A stretch of DNA of 64,000 nt from Bdellovibrionales bacterium (GTDB taxonomy: Bacteria; Bdellovibrionota; Bdellovibrionia; Bdellovibrionales; JAGQZY01). Positions 36,028 to 46,244 of this stretch are shown here, one piece after another. Below the pieces are notes generated by a model, which searched no databases, was not told the DNA's origin, and saw only the letters and a program-made list of their open reading frames with translations. Position 1 is the first letter of the stretch; each line of letters starts with the position of its first letter. The stretch lies in the NCBI GenBank assembly GCA_965219545.1, contig CBDCNX010000002.1, positions 20,761 through 84,760 on the forward strand, read 5' to 3'. Position numbers and translations under genes: made by a program.

Positions 36028-37986
36028 ATGAATCGGACACTTTGTTTTTTTATTGCTTTTATTTTATTAATTCCAAATACATTTGGAAGATACACAGAAC
36101 AGGAACTCAGGGAAATCTGGAGAAAAACAGGATTCCGTCTGGAATTTGTTCTTTTACATATGAGGGAATACTGCCACACATCGGAAAAGCAATTTGTTGC
36201 CTGTATGACAAACCTTCACTGGTTGCTTTCCAATGTGGACCAGGATAATCCCCGGGAATTACGGATTTCTGATTCCAACACACTGGATGTTGTTCCCTAT
36301 TCCAAAGAAACCAAAACCTATGACGAACTTGTGGCACTTGAAAATGAACGCAGGGAGTCTTTTCTTAGGTTCTTTCACTCACAACAAAGTAAAAATGATA
36401 GTCCACGGACTTTTGCCTCCATTGAAGGATTTGATAGTCTTTTAAATTTTGCCGCCACCCTGATTAGAAATCACATTCCCACAGAAAATGAACCTTATTT
36501 TATGGGCCGGTTTTTTAACCACTTAGTGAAAAAATCCATCGACCCCTACGCCTCTTTACAGCCTTCTGTAATGTTGAGAAACAGTCCCAAAAACTATGAG
36601 GGTATAGGAGTCAATGCCACCAAATACAAGACAGATAATGAAAGACTTAATGGTGGCATTGCAGTTAATCCCTTTAAAGGTTCACCCGCCCGGTCCGCCG
36701 GTCTTAAAAGAGGGGATATTATTTTAGCCATTGACGGCCTGTCTGTTAAAGAAGAATCCATCGAAGCAAGTATTGACAGAATGAGAGGACCCAGAGAAAC
36801 CAAGATGGAACTGACTATCAATAGTTTTTGTGACAATGACAATGACAATGACAATGACAATAATGAAAAAATCATCTCTGTGATTCGTGAGCCAGTCTCT
36901 TATTCCTCAAACATAATAAAAGACAGTCGTTTTGTAAGCCTCCGTCAACAGGAGTCCATGGGTTGTCAGCCGTCTTCTTCCTCCAAAGGCCCCCAGGCCC
37001 TTTATGTTCCATTGAAATCCTTTATGCCTTCAAAAATCAAAGGAGGGGAACTCCATTTATGTAAAGAATTCGTCGAATTACAGAAAATGGATTTGGGAAA
37101 TGCCGACAGCCGTGGAATGATTGTTGATCTCAGGGGAAATAGAGGCGGTAACCTTTTTGGAATCCTGTGTGTATTAAACACAATCATCCCCGGAACAGAT
37201 CTTCTATTGAAAGGAATACCCATCAAATCCGGTGAACTTTCCGGGGAAGCAGAAACATTTTATCATTTTACCAATGCCGGTCTCATTGATCTGAATAACC
37301 CTTTCGGTCGTCCCATTAACCCAAACCACCCTTCACCAATACCCGTTTCCTACAATAGAAACATTATTGTCCTTGTGGACAGAGGCTCTACCAGTGCCTC
37401 TGAAGTCTTTGCGGGGACCCTACAGGATAAAAAGCGTGGTTGGGTGATTGGTGATCGCACTTTTGGCAAAGCCAGTATGCAGACGTTTGAACCTGTTGTT
37501 ATTATACCTGGAATTCAAACTCAGGATACAACGCTTAATATGGTCACAACAGTAGGTGTCTATACCCTGAACAGTGGACGGTTTATCCAGGATCATGGAA
37601 TCACCCCCGACTTTTGGTTTTCCAACACAGGGGAACCCATTGAGAACAGCCACATTTCCCGTGGACAAAATCTCCTTAATAACATTGGGATTGAAAACAG
37701 TCCGTGGAGACAAAATCGCCCCGATGAATTGGAGTATCTGAAAGACTGTGCGAATAACAATGGCACGTTGGACATGTTGGGTTCAGCTTTCAGAAAAAAA
37801 GCCCAAAGTGAAGAAAAATACAACCGACCTTTTGTGGCTAATTATCCCCTTGAACTGGCAAAAGATATCTTAATGTGTTCACCTCCAGTGCAAGACTATC
37901 TTGTTCATTCAGAACTCTATGATCCTTCCAAAACTCCATTTTCCATCATAAAAAATGGTGAGGAGAAACCATTTAACTCACAGTAG
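36028..37986 (+). CDS. S41-family peptidase with PDZ domain, paralog 2
   Basis: GSPARSAGLKRGDIILAIDG, IVDLRGNRGG, VLVDRGSTSASEVFAGTLQD.KRGWVIGDRTFGKA. Its N- and C-terminal modules are shared with paralogs 1 and 3. Confidence 0.85.
   Translation: MNRTLCFFIAFILLIPNTFGRYTEQELREIWRKTGFRLEFVLLHMREYCHTSEKQFVACMTNLHWLLSNVDQDNPRELRISDSNTLDVVPYSKETKTYDELVALENERRESFLRFFHSQQSKNDSPRTFASIEGFDSLLNFAATLIRNHIPTENEPYFMGRFFNHLVKKSIDPYASLQPSVMLRNSPKNYEGIGVNATKYKTDNERLNGGIAVNPFKGSPARSAGLKRGDIILAIDGLSVKEESIEASIDRMRGPRETKMELTINSFCDNDNDNDNDNNEKIISVIREPVSYSSNIIKDSRFVSLRQQESMGCQPSSSSKGPQALYVPLKSFMPSKIKGGELHLCKEFVELQKMDLGNADSRGMIVDLRGNRGGNLFGILCVLNTIIPGTDLLLKGIPIKSGELSGEAETFYHFTNAGLIDLNNPFGRPINPNHPSPIPVSYNRNIIVLVDRGSTSASEVFAGTLQDKKRGWVIGDRTFGKASMQTFEPVVIIPGIQTQDTTLNMVTTVGVYTLNSGRFIQDHGITPDFWFSNTGEPIENSHISRGQNLLNNIGIENSPWRQNRPDELEYLKDCANNNGTLDMLGSAFRKKAQSEEKYNRPFVANYPLELAKDILMCSPPVQDYLVHSELYDPSKTPFSIIKNGEEKPFNSQ
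36832..36861 (+). repeat. (GACAAT)5 hexanucleotide microsatellite inside the peptidase gene
   Basis: Encodes DNDNDNDNDN. It is in frame. Confidence 0.9.
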
Positions 37987-37995
37987 GGGAAAAAT

Positions 37996-39933
37996 TTGAA
38001 TCGAATCACTCTTTTTTCCATTGTCTTTGTTTTTCTATTCCCAAAAATCTCTGCCAGAGAACTGACACAAGAGGAGCAGAGAAAATTGTGGATGGATACG
38101 GGATTTAATTTGGATTTCGTCCTTACAGAAATGAGACAGCATTGCTGCCTCTCTGAAAAAAATTTCAGTGCCTGCATGATAGGACTTGATTGGTTATTCT
38201 CAAATGCAAATAAAGACAACCCCCATGAATTACAAATTTCCGATTCCGGAAAATTGGAAGTTGTTCCCCTCTCTGAGAAAAAGAACTTTGAAAACCTTGA
38301 CGAGTTTATTGCATCAAAAAACAAGCGTAGAGAATCCTTTCAGAAATTCTTTCAGTCAAAAACCCATTCCGAAGATTCCGCCTTCAGCAAAAAGTTTGAA
38401 GAACTTTTACAACAAGGTGTTGATTTTATTGAAAGTCATGTTCCTGAAGAAAATCGAGCCCATTTTCTGGGTCGGTTTTACAATATTCTCTTAAAAGAAT
38501 CCATTGATCCCTTTGCCTCTTTGTACCCCGTGGAATTTTTCAGGGAAATACCCCTGAAATATGAGGGGATAGGGGTCATGATGACCAAATACAAAACAGA
38601 CGTTGAGTCTCTCCACGGGGGTCTTGTCATTCATCCCCTTGAAGGTTCACCGGCCCAATTGGCAGGTCTTAAAAGAGGAGATATCATTTTAGCCATTGAT
38701 GACGTGCCTGTTAAAACAAAATCCCAGGAAGAAAATGACAAAAGAATCAGAGGCCCAAAAGAAACTCAGGTGGCACTGACTATTAACAGTATTTGTGAAA
38801 ATGGGGAAAAGACCATCCGGGTGACCCGTAGAGCCGTCAATCATTCTTTTGATCTGATAAAAGACAGTCGCTTTGTGAATCTCGTCCGGGAAGAGCCCCT
38901 GGACTGTCAGGACGACGGCCCTCCCCCCATCAGTACCAGGGTTTTTCAGGCTCTTTATATTCCTTTAAGATCTTTTTATCCTTCCAAAGGGAAAGATACT
39001 CTTCACTTGTGTCGTGAATTTATCCAATTACAACAGATCGATTTACAAAGACACAGAAGCTTTGGAATGATTATTGATCTCCGGGGAAACACAGGTGGTG
39101 ACTTAAAAACAGCCCTATGTATGCTAAACACCATCATTTACGGAAACGATATTTTGTTGAAACAGATACCGGTCAATCATGGTGAGTCAACTGAAAAAAG
39201 TCCCTCTATTTCCTTTCATTTTACAAATGCCGGTGTGTTTACAGTCAAAAAGTGGAATCCCCCCATCACAAAATTCGCATCCTATAACAAAAACATTGTT
39301 GTTCTTGTGGACGAGGCTTCAGCCAGTGCCTCTGAAATTTTTGCCGGTACCATACAGGACCTGAAGCGTGGCTGGGTGATTGGCAATCGCACTTTGGGTA
39401 AAGGAAGTGTACAGGAAGGCAAAATCTTCTTTTTGGAGGAAAACCCTCAATACAAAGAACTTCAACAGATCGAAACCACAGCCATTTATGTTCTCAACAG
39501 TGGACGATCCCCCCAGGGCCATGGAGTTATCCCTGATTTTCGTTTTTCCAACACAGGAGAACCCATTGAGGATGGACCTGACCGGGTTTCTTTTAGACGG
39601 AGGTTCCATATTAACAACATTGGTTTTGAAAGCAATCCATGGGAACAAAATCGCCCTGATGAATTGGAAAAACTGAAAGCCTGTGTGAATAACAGCATTA
39701 TGCTGGGTTCAATGTTCAGAAAAAGAGCCCAATGTGAAGAGAGATTCAATCGACCCTTTGTGGCCAATTATCCCCTTGAACTGGCAAAAGATATTTTAAT
39801 GTGTTCACCCAGAGTTCCTCGTCTCCGTTTCCACCAGGAATCATACGATCCCACGAAAACCCCATTTGCCGGACCCTATTATGACGGTAATGCCTCTTCT
39901 GACTTGGTACAAGCGGACTCTCAATCTCCCTAA
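37996..39933 (+). CDS. S41-family peptidase with PDZ domain, paralog 3 (tandem duplicate)
   Basis: GSPAQLAGLKRGDIILAIDD, IIDLRGNTGG, VLVDEASASASEIFAGTIQDLKRGWVIGNRTLGKG. TTG start 9 nt after paralog 2. Confidence 0.8.
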   Translation: MNRITLFSIVFVFLFPKISARELTQEEQRKLWMDTGFNLDFVLTEMRQHCCLSEKNFSACMIGLDWLFSNANKDNPHELQISDSGKLEVVPLSEKKNFENLDEFIASKNKRRESFQKFFQSKTHSEDSAFSKKFEELLQQGVDFIESHVPEENRAHFLGRFYNILLKESIDPFASLYPVEFFREIPLKYEGIGVMMTKYKTDVESLHGGLVIHPLEGSPAQLAGLKRGDIILAIDDVPVKTKSQEENDKRIRGPKETQVALTINSICENGEKTIRVTRRAVNHSFDLIKDSRFVNLVREEPLDCQDDGPPPISTRVFQALYIPLRSFYPSKGKDTLHLCREFIQLQQIDLQRHRSFGMIIDLRGNTGGDLKTALCMLNTIIYGNDILLKQIPVNHGESTEKSPSISFHFTNAGVFTVKKWNPPITKFASYNKNIVVLVDEASASASEIFAGTIQDLKRGWVIGNRTLGKGSVQEGKIFFLEENPQYKELQQIETTAIYVLNSGRSPQGHGVIPDFRFSNTGEPIEDGPDRVSFRRRFHINNIGFESNPWEQNRPDELEKLKACVNNSIMLGSMFRKRAQCEERFNRPFVANYPLELAKDILMCSPRVPRLRFHQESYDPTKTPFAGPYYDGNASSDLVQADSQSP

Positions 39934-40022
39934 GATAAAAGACCAGTCCATCACAGAACGATTACAGACTGAAAGATGCCAAAAGGCATACCAAAAATGA
40001 GTGACAATATAAAATATCCTGG

Positions 40023-40096
40023 TATACTAAAGATCATTTATTTTTCATGCTATTTCCATAGAGAAATTCCATGAAAACTCAAACACGATCAGTATA
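40023..40096. repeat. 74-bp palindromic repeat R1
   Basis: TATACTAAAGATCATTTATTTTTCATGCTATTTCCATAGAGAAATTCCATGAAAACTCAAACACGATCAGTATA. Confidence 0.9.
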
Positions 40097-40108
40097 CCAT
40101 TGATTTTT

Positions 40109-41242
40109 ATGAAAAACTTTTTTCTTTTTTTACCTTTTTTGATTCTTTCCTGCACTCACACCGGAACCACTCCCCTTAAAATCTCCAAAAAACCCTCCAT
40201 AAAAAAAACAAGTGAAAAAAATGACAGGCCCACACCCATGGCTGACTCTCATTTTCACGTCAGAAATTATATTCAGGAAGGTCTCACCCTTAAGGAAGTT
40301 TATAAAATCCTTTCAGAAAAAGGGATAAAAAGAGCCGCAGTCTTTGGAATCCCTTTGCAACAAAGATGGGATATGACAACGGAGGTCTCTCCAAGCTACT
40401 ATCTCCACGATGATCAGCACCTGTACTACTACAGTGCCATTGATGCAATGATTGCCTCAGAATATCAGTCTCTTCCAAAACCCCGGAAAGAGGTTTTTGA
40501 CCCCATGATTGTCGGATTTAATCCCACTGACGGTCGGGCTGTGGATCATATAAAAAATATGCTTCTTAAATTTCCAAACACTTTCACCGGAATTGGTGAA
40601 TTTAGCATTAAAAAAGAAGTTGTTTCCGGGAAAATTATCGGAGGTGTTGCCAATATCGAAGATCCTGCTCTTGGAAGAATCCTGAAATTTGCTGAAGAAG
40701 TCGGACTCGTTGTTATCATCCACTGTGACATTGATGCCATGATCTCCAACAACCAGAACGAACCCACTTATCTGAGTTCCCTGGAAAAACTCTTTATGAA
40801 ACATCGAAAGACAAAAATATGGACCCATACAGGCTTGGGCCGCTATGTGAAAGCCAGACCCAGACACATCCAGTTTTTAAAACATCTTTTGTCCATCTCA
40901 CCAAATCTTTATGTCGATATCTCCTGGACGGAAGTAGCCAAACAGTTTTTTAAAAACCAACATCTTAAACCCCAGTGGAGGGATTTTTTAAAAAATTACT
41001 CAAAAAAAATCATTTTTGGTTCAGACATTGTAGCCCCCTCTTTATCCAAATACGAAGAAGTTCTACATTTTTATCAAAGAATATGGAAAGAAATACCTGA
41101 AGAGGCTGTTAAAGACATACCTATGGTAATTACAAAAAACTATTTGACAAAGCCCGATCAGAAGTTCGACTTTGGGAGAAAAAAAACCTTAACCCTTAAA
41201 AACCTGCAAATTATGAAACCAATGATTCCTTTATTGAGCTAA
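40109..41242 (+). CDS. metal-dependent amidohydrolase-fold (TIM barrel) lipoprotein
   Basis: Lipobox FLILSC. ADSHFHV (HxH), VIIHCD, WTHTGLG, IIFGSD. Confidence 0.6.
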   Translation: MKNFFLFLPFLILSCTHTGTTPLKISKKPSIKKTSEKNDRPTPMADSHFHVRNYIQEGLTLKEVYKILSEKGIKRAAVFGIPLQQRWDMTTEVSPSYYLHDDQHLYYYSAIDAMIASEYQSLPKPRKEVFDPMIVGFNPTDGRAVDHIKNMLLKFPNTFTGIGEFSIKKEVVSGKIIGGVANIEDPALGRILKFAEEVGLVVIIHCDIDAMISNNQNEPTYLSSLEKLFMKHRKTKIWTHTGLGRYVKARPRHIQFLKHLLSISPNLYVDISWTEVAKQFFKNQHLKPQWRDFLKNYSKKIIFGSDIVAPSLSKYEEVLHFYQRIWKEIPEEAVKDIPMVITKNYLTKPDQKFDFGRKKTLTLKNLQIMKPMIPLLS

Positions 41243-41244
41243 TT

Positions 41245-41318
41245 TATACTGAAGACCATTTGTTTTTCATGTGACTTTCATAGAGAAATTCCATGAAAAT
41301 TCAAACCAGATCAGTATA
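41245..41318. repeat. 74-bp palindromic repeat R1
   Basis: TATACTGAAGACCATTTGTTTTTCATGTGACTTTCATAGAGAAATTCCATGAAAATTCAAACCAGATCAGTATA. Confidence 0.9.
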
Positions 41319-41336
41319 ATTTAAGGAGACTAACCT

Positions 41337-42554
41337 ATGGAAGACCTGAAAATCAATCTGGAGGATATCCTTCAGGCCCGGAAAAACATCCAATCGGTGG
41401 CAAGAGTGACCCCCGTGAATCCGGCTTTGGGGTCCGAACTCAGTAAAAAAAATATCCATTTTAAATTTGAAAATCGACAATTGACGGGAAGCTTTAAAAT
41501 CAGGGGGGCTTTGAATAAGATCTCAAATTTAACAGAGTCTGAAAAAAAACAGGGGGTGATTGCCGCTTCCGCTGGAAACCACGCCCAGGGAGTGGCCATG
41601 AGTGCCAAACTGTTTGGAGTTCAAAGCAAAATTGTCATGCCACAAACAGCCCCTTTGATAAAAATTTCATCCACAAGATCCTACGGAGCGGAAGTTGTGC
41701 TTTTTGGTCACGTCTTTGATGAATCTTACAATAAGGCTTTGGAAATAGCCCGGGAGGAAAAACGGGTTTTCATTCACCCTTATGAAGATCGGTTTGTTAT
41801 TGCCGGACAGGGAACCATTGGTCTTGAAATCCTGGATGCTCTGGCTGACGTTAAATCCATTGTCGTTCCCATTGGGGGAGGGGGATTGATTTCAGGAATC
41901 GCTTTTGCTGTCAAAAAGCTTAACCCGCAATGCAAAATCTATGGTGTGGTTTCCAATCAAACTCCGGGAATGATGAATTTGAAAAAAAGAGAAGGAAAAA
42001 GTGTTTCCTCTTTCGTTTCAACCATTGCCGATGGAATCACCGTTAAAAAACCCAGTGTCAGAATTTTTGATTCATTCATCAATCCTCTGGTGGACGATAT
42101 TGTGGCTGTTCATGATGAAGACATTGCCCAGGCCATTGTCTATGCCATGGAAGTTGAAAAAGTGATTCTGGAAGGATCAGGGGCTGCGGGTCTGGCTGCC
42201 GTTCTCAAGGGTCAGCTTAAATTGGAGGAGCCCGCTTGCATTCTTCTCTGCGGAGGCAATATTGATCTGAATGTGATCGGCAATATTATTGATACAGGTT
42301 TAAGGCAAAATGGCCGTCTCGTTCGTTTGTCCGTTATTGTAAATGACTTGCCAGGGGAGTTGGCCGCACTGACAAAGGATTTTGCACAAACCCACGCCAA
42401 TGTTCTGGATGTAATCCATGACAGGGTGAGTTCCCATATTTCCCTGCGGCAAACAAAAATCGACTTTATACTTGAAACCACGGGTTTTCATCATATTGAA
42501 GAAATTAAAAAGAATATCCGCAAACGAAATATCCAAATCCTGGAAGAGGTCTAA
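41337..42554 (+). CDS. ilvA: threonine ammonia-lyase (PLP-dependent, single C-terminal ACT-like domain)
   Basis: FENRQLTGSFKIRGA (PLP lysine), ASAGNHAQGVA, GGGGLISG. Confidence 0.8.
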   Translation: MEDLKINLEDILQARKNIQSVARVTPVNPALGSELSKKNIHFKFENRQLTGSFKIRGALNKISNLTESEKKQGVIAASAGNHAQGVAMSAKLFGVQSKIVMPQTAPLIKISSTRSYGAEVVLFGHVFDESYNKALEIAREEKRVFIHPYEDRFVIAGQGTIGLEILDALADVKSIVVPIGGGGLISGIAFAVKKLNPQCKIYGVVSNQTPGMMNLKKREGKSVSSFVSTIADGITVKKPSVRIFDSFINPLVDDIVAVHDEDIAQAIVYAMEVEKVILEGSGAAGLAAVLKGQLKLEEPACILLCGGNIDLNVIGNIIDTGLRQNGRLVRLSVIVNDLPGELAALTKDFAQTHANVLDVIHDRVSSHISLRQTKIDFILETTGFHHIEEIKKNIRKRNIQILEEV

Positions 42555-42556
42555 CC

Positions 42557-43675
42557 ATGCGTGTGTCCCCGGAAATTGAATCATTGATTCCCTACAAACC
42601 CGGTCGATCCACAGATCAGGTTAAAAGGGAGTTGGGACTTGAAAAAGTGATTAAACTGGCCAGTAACGAAAATCCCCTTGGCCCCAGTCCCAAAGCTGTC
42701 GCCGCTATTCAAAAAGCCTGTGAACTTATAACCCGTTACCCGGACCCTTCTTTTTTTAAACTACGTCAAAAACTTTCCACACTTTGGAAAATCAGAGCTG
42801 ATGATATTGTTTTTGGCAACGGGTCCAATGAATTGATTGACATTATTATCAGGGTCTTTTGTGAACCCGGGGACAAAATCATAGTGCCTCAAAAATCCTT
42901 TTTTGCATACGGAATTTGTGCCCAGGCGGCCCGGGTTGGAAAAAGAGAGATTCCCGTGGACAAAAATTTCAGATGGGACACAGACCGGTTTATTGATGAT
43001 TTTAAAAGAAATCGCAATTCAAGGGAAAAGATTTTTTTCATGGCCAATCCCAACAACCCCACAGGAAATTATCTCAATAAGGAGGAAATGGGTTATTTGC
43101 TCTCAGAGCTTGGAGGACGAAAAGACATCCTTGTGGTTCTCGACGAGGCCTACAACGAATACATAAGGGCTGAGGATTTTGGTTATGGTCTTGATTTTTT
43201 TAAAAAGTATCCCAATGTAATGGTTCTTCGCACTTTCAGTAAGATCTTTGGACTGGCTGGCCTCAGAATCGGAGTTCTTGTTGCAAATGGCGAATACACC
43301 CAATGGATCCACAGGGTTCGCAATCCCTTTAATGTAAATATTCTGGCCCAGGAAGGGGCTCTGGCCGCTCTCGATGACCTGGATTACATTGAAAGAACCA
43401 GGCAATTGGTTTGGAAGGGACTGGATGATTTTTATGAGTTTTTTGAAAATCAACAGATTCCTTATATGAAATCCCAGGGTAATTTTATTCTGTTTAACAG
43501 TTTACGCAGTGGTTCCCTGGTTTTTTCAAAAGCCCAGGAACAGGGGCTTTTGTTACGTCCCATGGAGGCTTATACCCTTCCCTGCCATCTGCGTATCAGT
43601 ATGGGAACTTTGGAGGAAAATGAAAAGGCCAGGGAAATTCTCTCAAAAATTTTTAAGGAAGTTCCCCCTTTGTGA
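42557..43675 (+). CDS. hisC: histidinol-phosphate aminotransferase
   Basis: YKPG, KLASNENPLGPSP, NPNNPTG, LDEAY.EY, LRTFSKIFGLAGLRIG. Confidence 0.85.
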   Translation: MRVSPEIESLIPYKPGRSTDQVKRELGLEKVIKLASNENPLGPSPKAVAAIQKACELITRYPDPSFFKLRQKLSTLWKIRADDIVFGNGSNELIDIIIRVFCEPGDKIIVPQKSFFAYGICAQAARVGKREIPVDKNFRWDTDRFIDDFKRNRNSREKIFFMANPNNPTGNYLNKEEMGYLLSELGGRKDILVVLDEAYNEYIRAEDFGYGLDFFKKYPNVMVLRTFSKIFGLAGLRIGVLVANGEYTQWIHRVRNPFNVNILAQEGALAALDDLDYIERTRQLVWKGLDDFYEFFENQQIPYMKSQGNFILFNSLRSGSLVFSKAQEQGLLLRPMEAYTLPCHLRISMGTLEENEKAREILSKIFKEVPPL

Positions 43676-43729
43676 CAGGTCAAAACTTGAAACTTATTAC
43701 CACTGACAGTTTCACAAACAAATAAACAA

Positions 43730-44521
43730 ATGGACAGACGGGAGAAAAGTATGACGGATCAGGCTTTGAAACTCATTACCATTGACGGCCCTTCAGCTTC
43801 AGGAAAATCCTCAATTGGAAAAATTTTAGGTAAAAAACTGGATTGGCCCTGGGTTTCAACAGGTGTTTTTTACAGGGGACTGGCCCTGGTTTGCCTTGAA
43901 AAAAACATCTTTGATCCAACAGAACTGGATTCATTTTTTTTTCAGGAAAGAAAAACTTCCCCGGAAACAGAGGATTTAAACAAAAAGTCTCAAAAAAATA
44001 CATGGAAAATGTCCTCAAAAATAAAGACTTTGACAGAACTGGCTAATGACTCCCTCTGGGAAGTCAAAATGGATAAAGAGGAAACCAGGCTTTTTATCAA
44101 CGGGAAAAACAGAACAGAAGACATTTTTTCCGAAAAAATTGCTCTTTTGGCCAGTGATTTAAGTCAAATTCCAGAAGTTCGCCAGGCTCTTTTAAAGCCC
44201 CAGAGGGACTGTTTTGTCCCGGAGACGGGACTGGTGGCTGAAGGCAGAGATTGCGGGACTATTATTTTTCCCGAAGCAAAGGTTAAGATTTACCTGACAG
44301 CAAACGAAGAGATAAGAGCCACACGTCGTTATCAGCAGCAGGAAAACAGTTTAAGAAAAGTTCTGGAAACTCAAAAATTGCGGGACAAACAGGATCTCAA
44401 ACGAAAAACAGCCCCCCTCACAAAACCCCAGGGGGCTTTTGTCATTGATTCCACTTTGCTCAATGTGGATGAAGTCGTAAAACAGGTTCTGGATTACGCC
44501 CGAACTTTTGGAGTTTTCTGA
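43730..44521 (+). CDS. cmk: cytidylate kinase (with an internal insertion)
   Basis: ITIDGPSASGKSSIGK.L...L.W...STGVFYR, AEGRDCGTIIFPEA.VKIYLTA..E.RA.RR. Confidence 0.8.
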   Translation: MDRREKSMTDQALKLITIDGPSASGKSSIGKILGKKLDWPWVSTGVFYRGLALVCLEKNIFDPTELDSFFFQERKTSPETEDLNKKSQKNTWKMSSKIKTLTELANDSLWEVKMDKEETRLFINGKNRTEDIFSEKIALLASDLSQIPEVRQALLKPQRDCFVPETGLVAEGRDCGTIIFPEAKVKIYLTANEEIRATRRYQQQENSLRKVLETQKLRDKQDLKRKTAPLTKPQGAFVIDSTLLNVDEVVKQVLDYARTFGVF

Positions 44522-44808
44522 TCTTTTGATTCACAAATGTATTCCACAATTTTATTATAAGTGATAAGTTCAGGGAGTATTGAATATGGTATTTTCAGAT
44601 CAAACTCTTTTTCCAGAGACAATATAAGAGCAATGTGTGTCATGGAAGTCCACTCTGCAGGTTTATTTTTATTGTAGTTAAAAGAGTTATTTACCAGAGA
44701 GATTTCAATATTAAACGCCTCTGCCATACAGGATTTTATTCTGTTTTCAATATCAAACATTTTCATCATCATGACCTTAGAAGATACAAAAAAAACCTTG
44801 TTTTTCAC
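44494..44808 (-). CDS. acyl/D-alanyl carrier protein-like
   Basis: WTSMTHIALILSLEKEFDLKIP corresponds to the DS(L/M) phosphopantetheine-attachment helix. The real start is probably one of the Met codons at 44772-44760. Confidence 0.55.
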   Translation of the reverse strand: MKNKVFFVSSKVMMMKMFDIENRIKSCMAEAFNIEISLVNNSFNYNKNKPAEWTSMTHIALILSLEKEFDLKIPYSILPELITYNKIVEYICESKDQKTPKVRA

Positions 44809-44847
44809 TGAGCTTTAACATACCCTAATGCAAGTTACCGAGTCAAA

Positions 44848-46242
44848 GTGATGTTGATTGATTTTACCCGTTTTTTTTCCATTATTTTTGTTATCATGAC
44901 ATCTTTCTTCTTTTGGATGAGTCCCCAACAATTAAAAAGACCATTTCTTCTATTTATGAGTTACCTGTTTTATGCCAGCTTTGATGTGAGACTCTTGTGT
45001 CTTTTAATTATCATAACAGGGATGTTATATATTTCATCACTTGCTGTTTATCACTTCACTTATTTAAAATTTCCGGTTTTACTCCTGAATATCATGTTTA
45101 TTCTCGGAATACTTCTTTTTTTAAGAAGTTCTTTTGAGCTCCAGGAAAAGATATTCCCCTATAAATCGTTAATTTCCGTATTTATTGTCAAAGAGGAATT
45201 CCATTCCGTTTTAGTACCTACTGCTGTTTCATTCTATACTCTCCAGGGGTTGGCCTATTTGTTTGATGTCTATTATAGAAAAATCAAACCTTGTAGAAAT
45301 GTCATGGAATTTTCACTCTTCATGGCTTTCTTTCCTCAACTAATAAGTGGGCCGATAGAACGTGCTAAAAACTTAATCCCACAATTAAATTTTCATGGAA
45401 AAATCGGTGCCAAAATGATTGAGGAGGGAATTTATCTCTTTACATTGGGTTATTTTAAAAAAGCTTTTATTGCGGATAATATTTCTTATGCAATTAATCC
45501 CGTTTTTGAGTTTCCTGATCAGAATTTTGGACTTTTAGGATTGATTGCCATATTACTTTATCCCGTTCAGCTTTTCTGTAATTTTTCGGGTTACATAGAC
45601 ATGGCTCGTGGTGTTGCCAGAATTTTTAATGTGAAGCTCTCACAGAATTTTCGACAACCCTTACTGGCTCAGTCTCCCATGGACTTCTGGAATAGATGGA
45701 ATTTCACACTTTCCCATTGGTTCAGAGACTATGTTTATCATCCTGTCAGTCTGAATCTGGCTCGCAAAATAAATATTAAACTTGCTTATTTTTCCGGATT
45801 GACGACATGTTTTTTTCTCCTGGCCATATGGCATGGTTTACAGCTTAAGTATCAGCTATACTCCATCTTCTGGGTTTGTGCTATTCTCATTTATATGGCT
45901 ATTGAGGATAAATTAAAAAAGATGAGGTTTTTGCAGAATATTTTCACTCTTGGCACCATTATCATTTCTTTATTCATATTCAGAGTTAATAAAATTGATG
46001 ATGCTTTGTCTATTGTAAAAAATATACCTTTCATACCCTCTTCAATTCCCCTGGGGTTCGAGTTTATTCCCATTGTTTTTGTCTTGTATTGTTTTTTAGA
46101 GTATTTGATTTATAAAAATAAAAGTGAGTTTCTTTTGAAAGGAAAAGATTTAAAATTCTCTTTTTTGTTTTATTTCCTGATGATTTTTGGAATTGTTCTT
46201 TTTCACGGTCCTTCTTTTAACTATACTTATAACGGATTCTGA
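44848..46242 (+). CDS. MBOAT-family membrane O-acyltransferase (DltB/AlgI-like)
   Basis: Polytopic. FFPQLISGPIER, MDFWNRWNFTLSHWFRDYVYHP and a conserved His in LAIWHG. Confidence 0.8.
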   Translation: MMLIDFTRFFSIIFVIMTSFFFWMSPQQLKRPFLLFMSYLFYASFDVRLLCLLIIITGMLYISSLAVYHFTYLKFPVLLLNIMFILGILLFLRSSFELQEKIFPYKSLISVFIVKEEFHSVLVPTAVSFYTLQGLAYLFDVYYRKIKPCRNVMEFSLFMAFFPQLISGPIERAKNLIPQLNFHGKIGAKMIEEGIYLFTLGYFKKAFIADNISYAINPVFEFPDQNFGLLGLIAILLYPVQLFCNFSGYIDMARGVARIFNVKLSQNFRQPLLAQSPMDFWNRWNFTLSHWFRDYVYHPVSLNLARKINIKLAYFSGLTTCFFLLAIWHGLQLKYQLYSIFWVCAILIYMAIEDKLKKMRFLQNIFTLGTIIISLFIFRVNKIDDALSIVKNIPFIPSSIPLGFEFIPIVFVLYCFLEYLIYKNKSEFLLKGKDLKFSFLFYFLMIFGIVLFHGPSFNYTYNGF

Positions 46243-46244
46243 TC

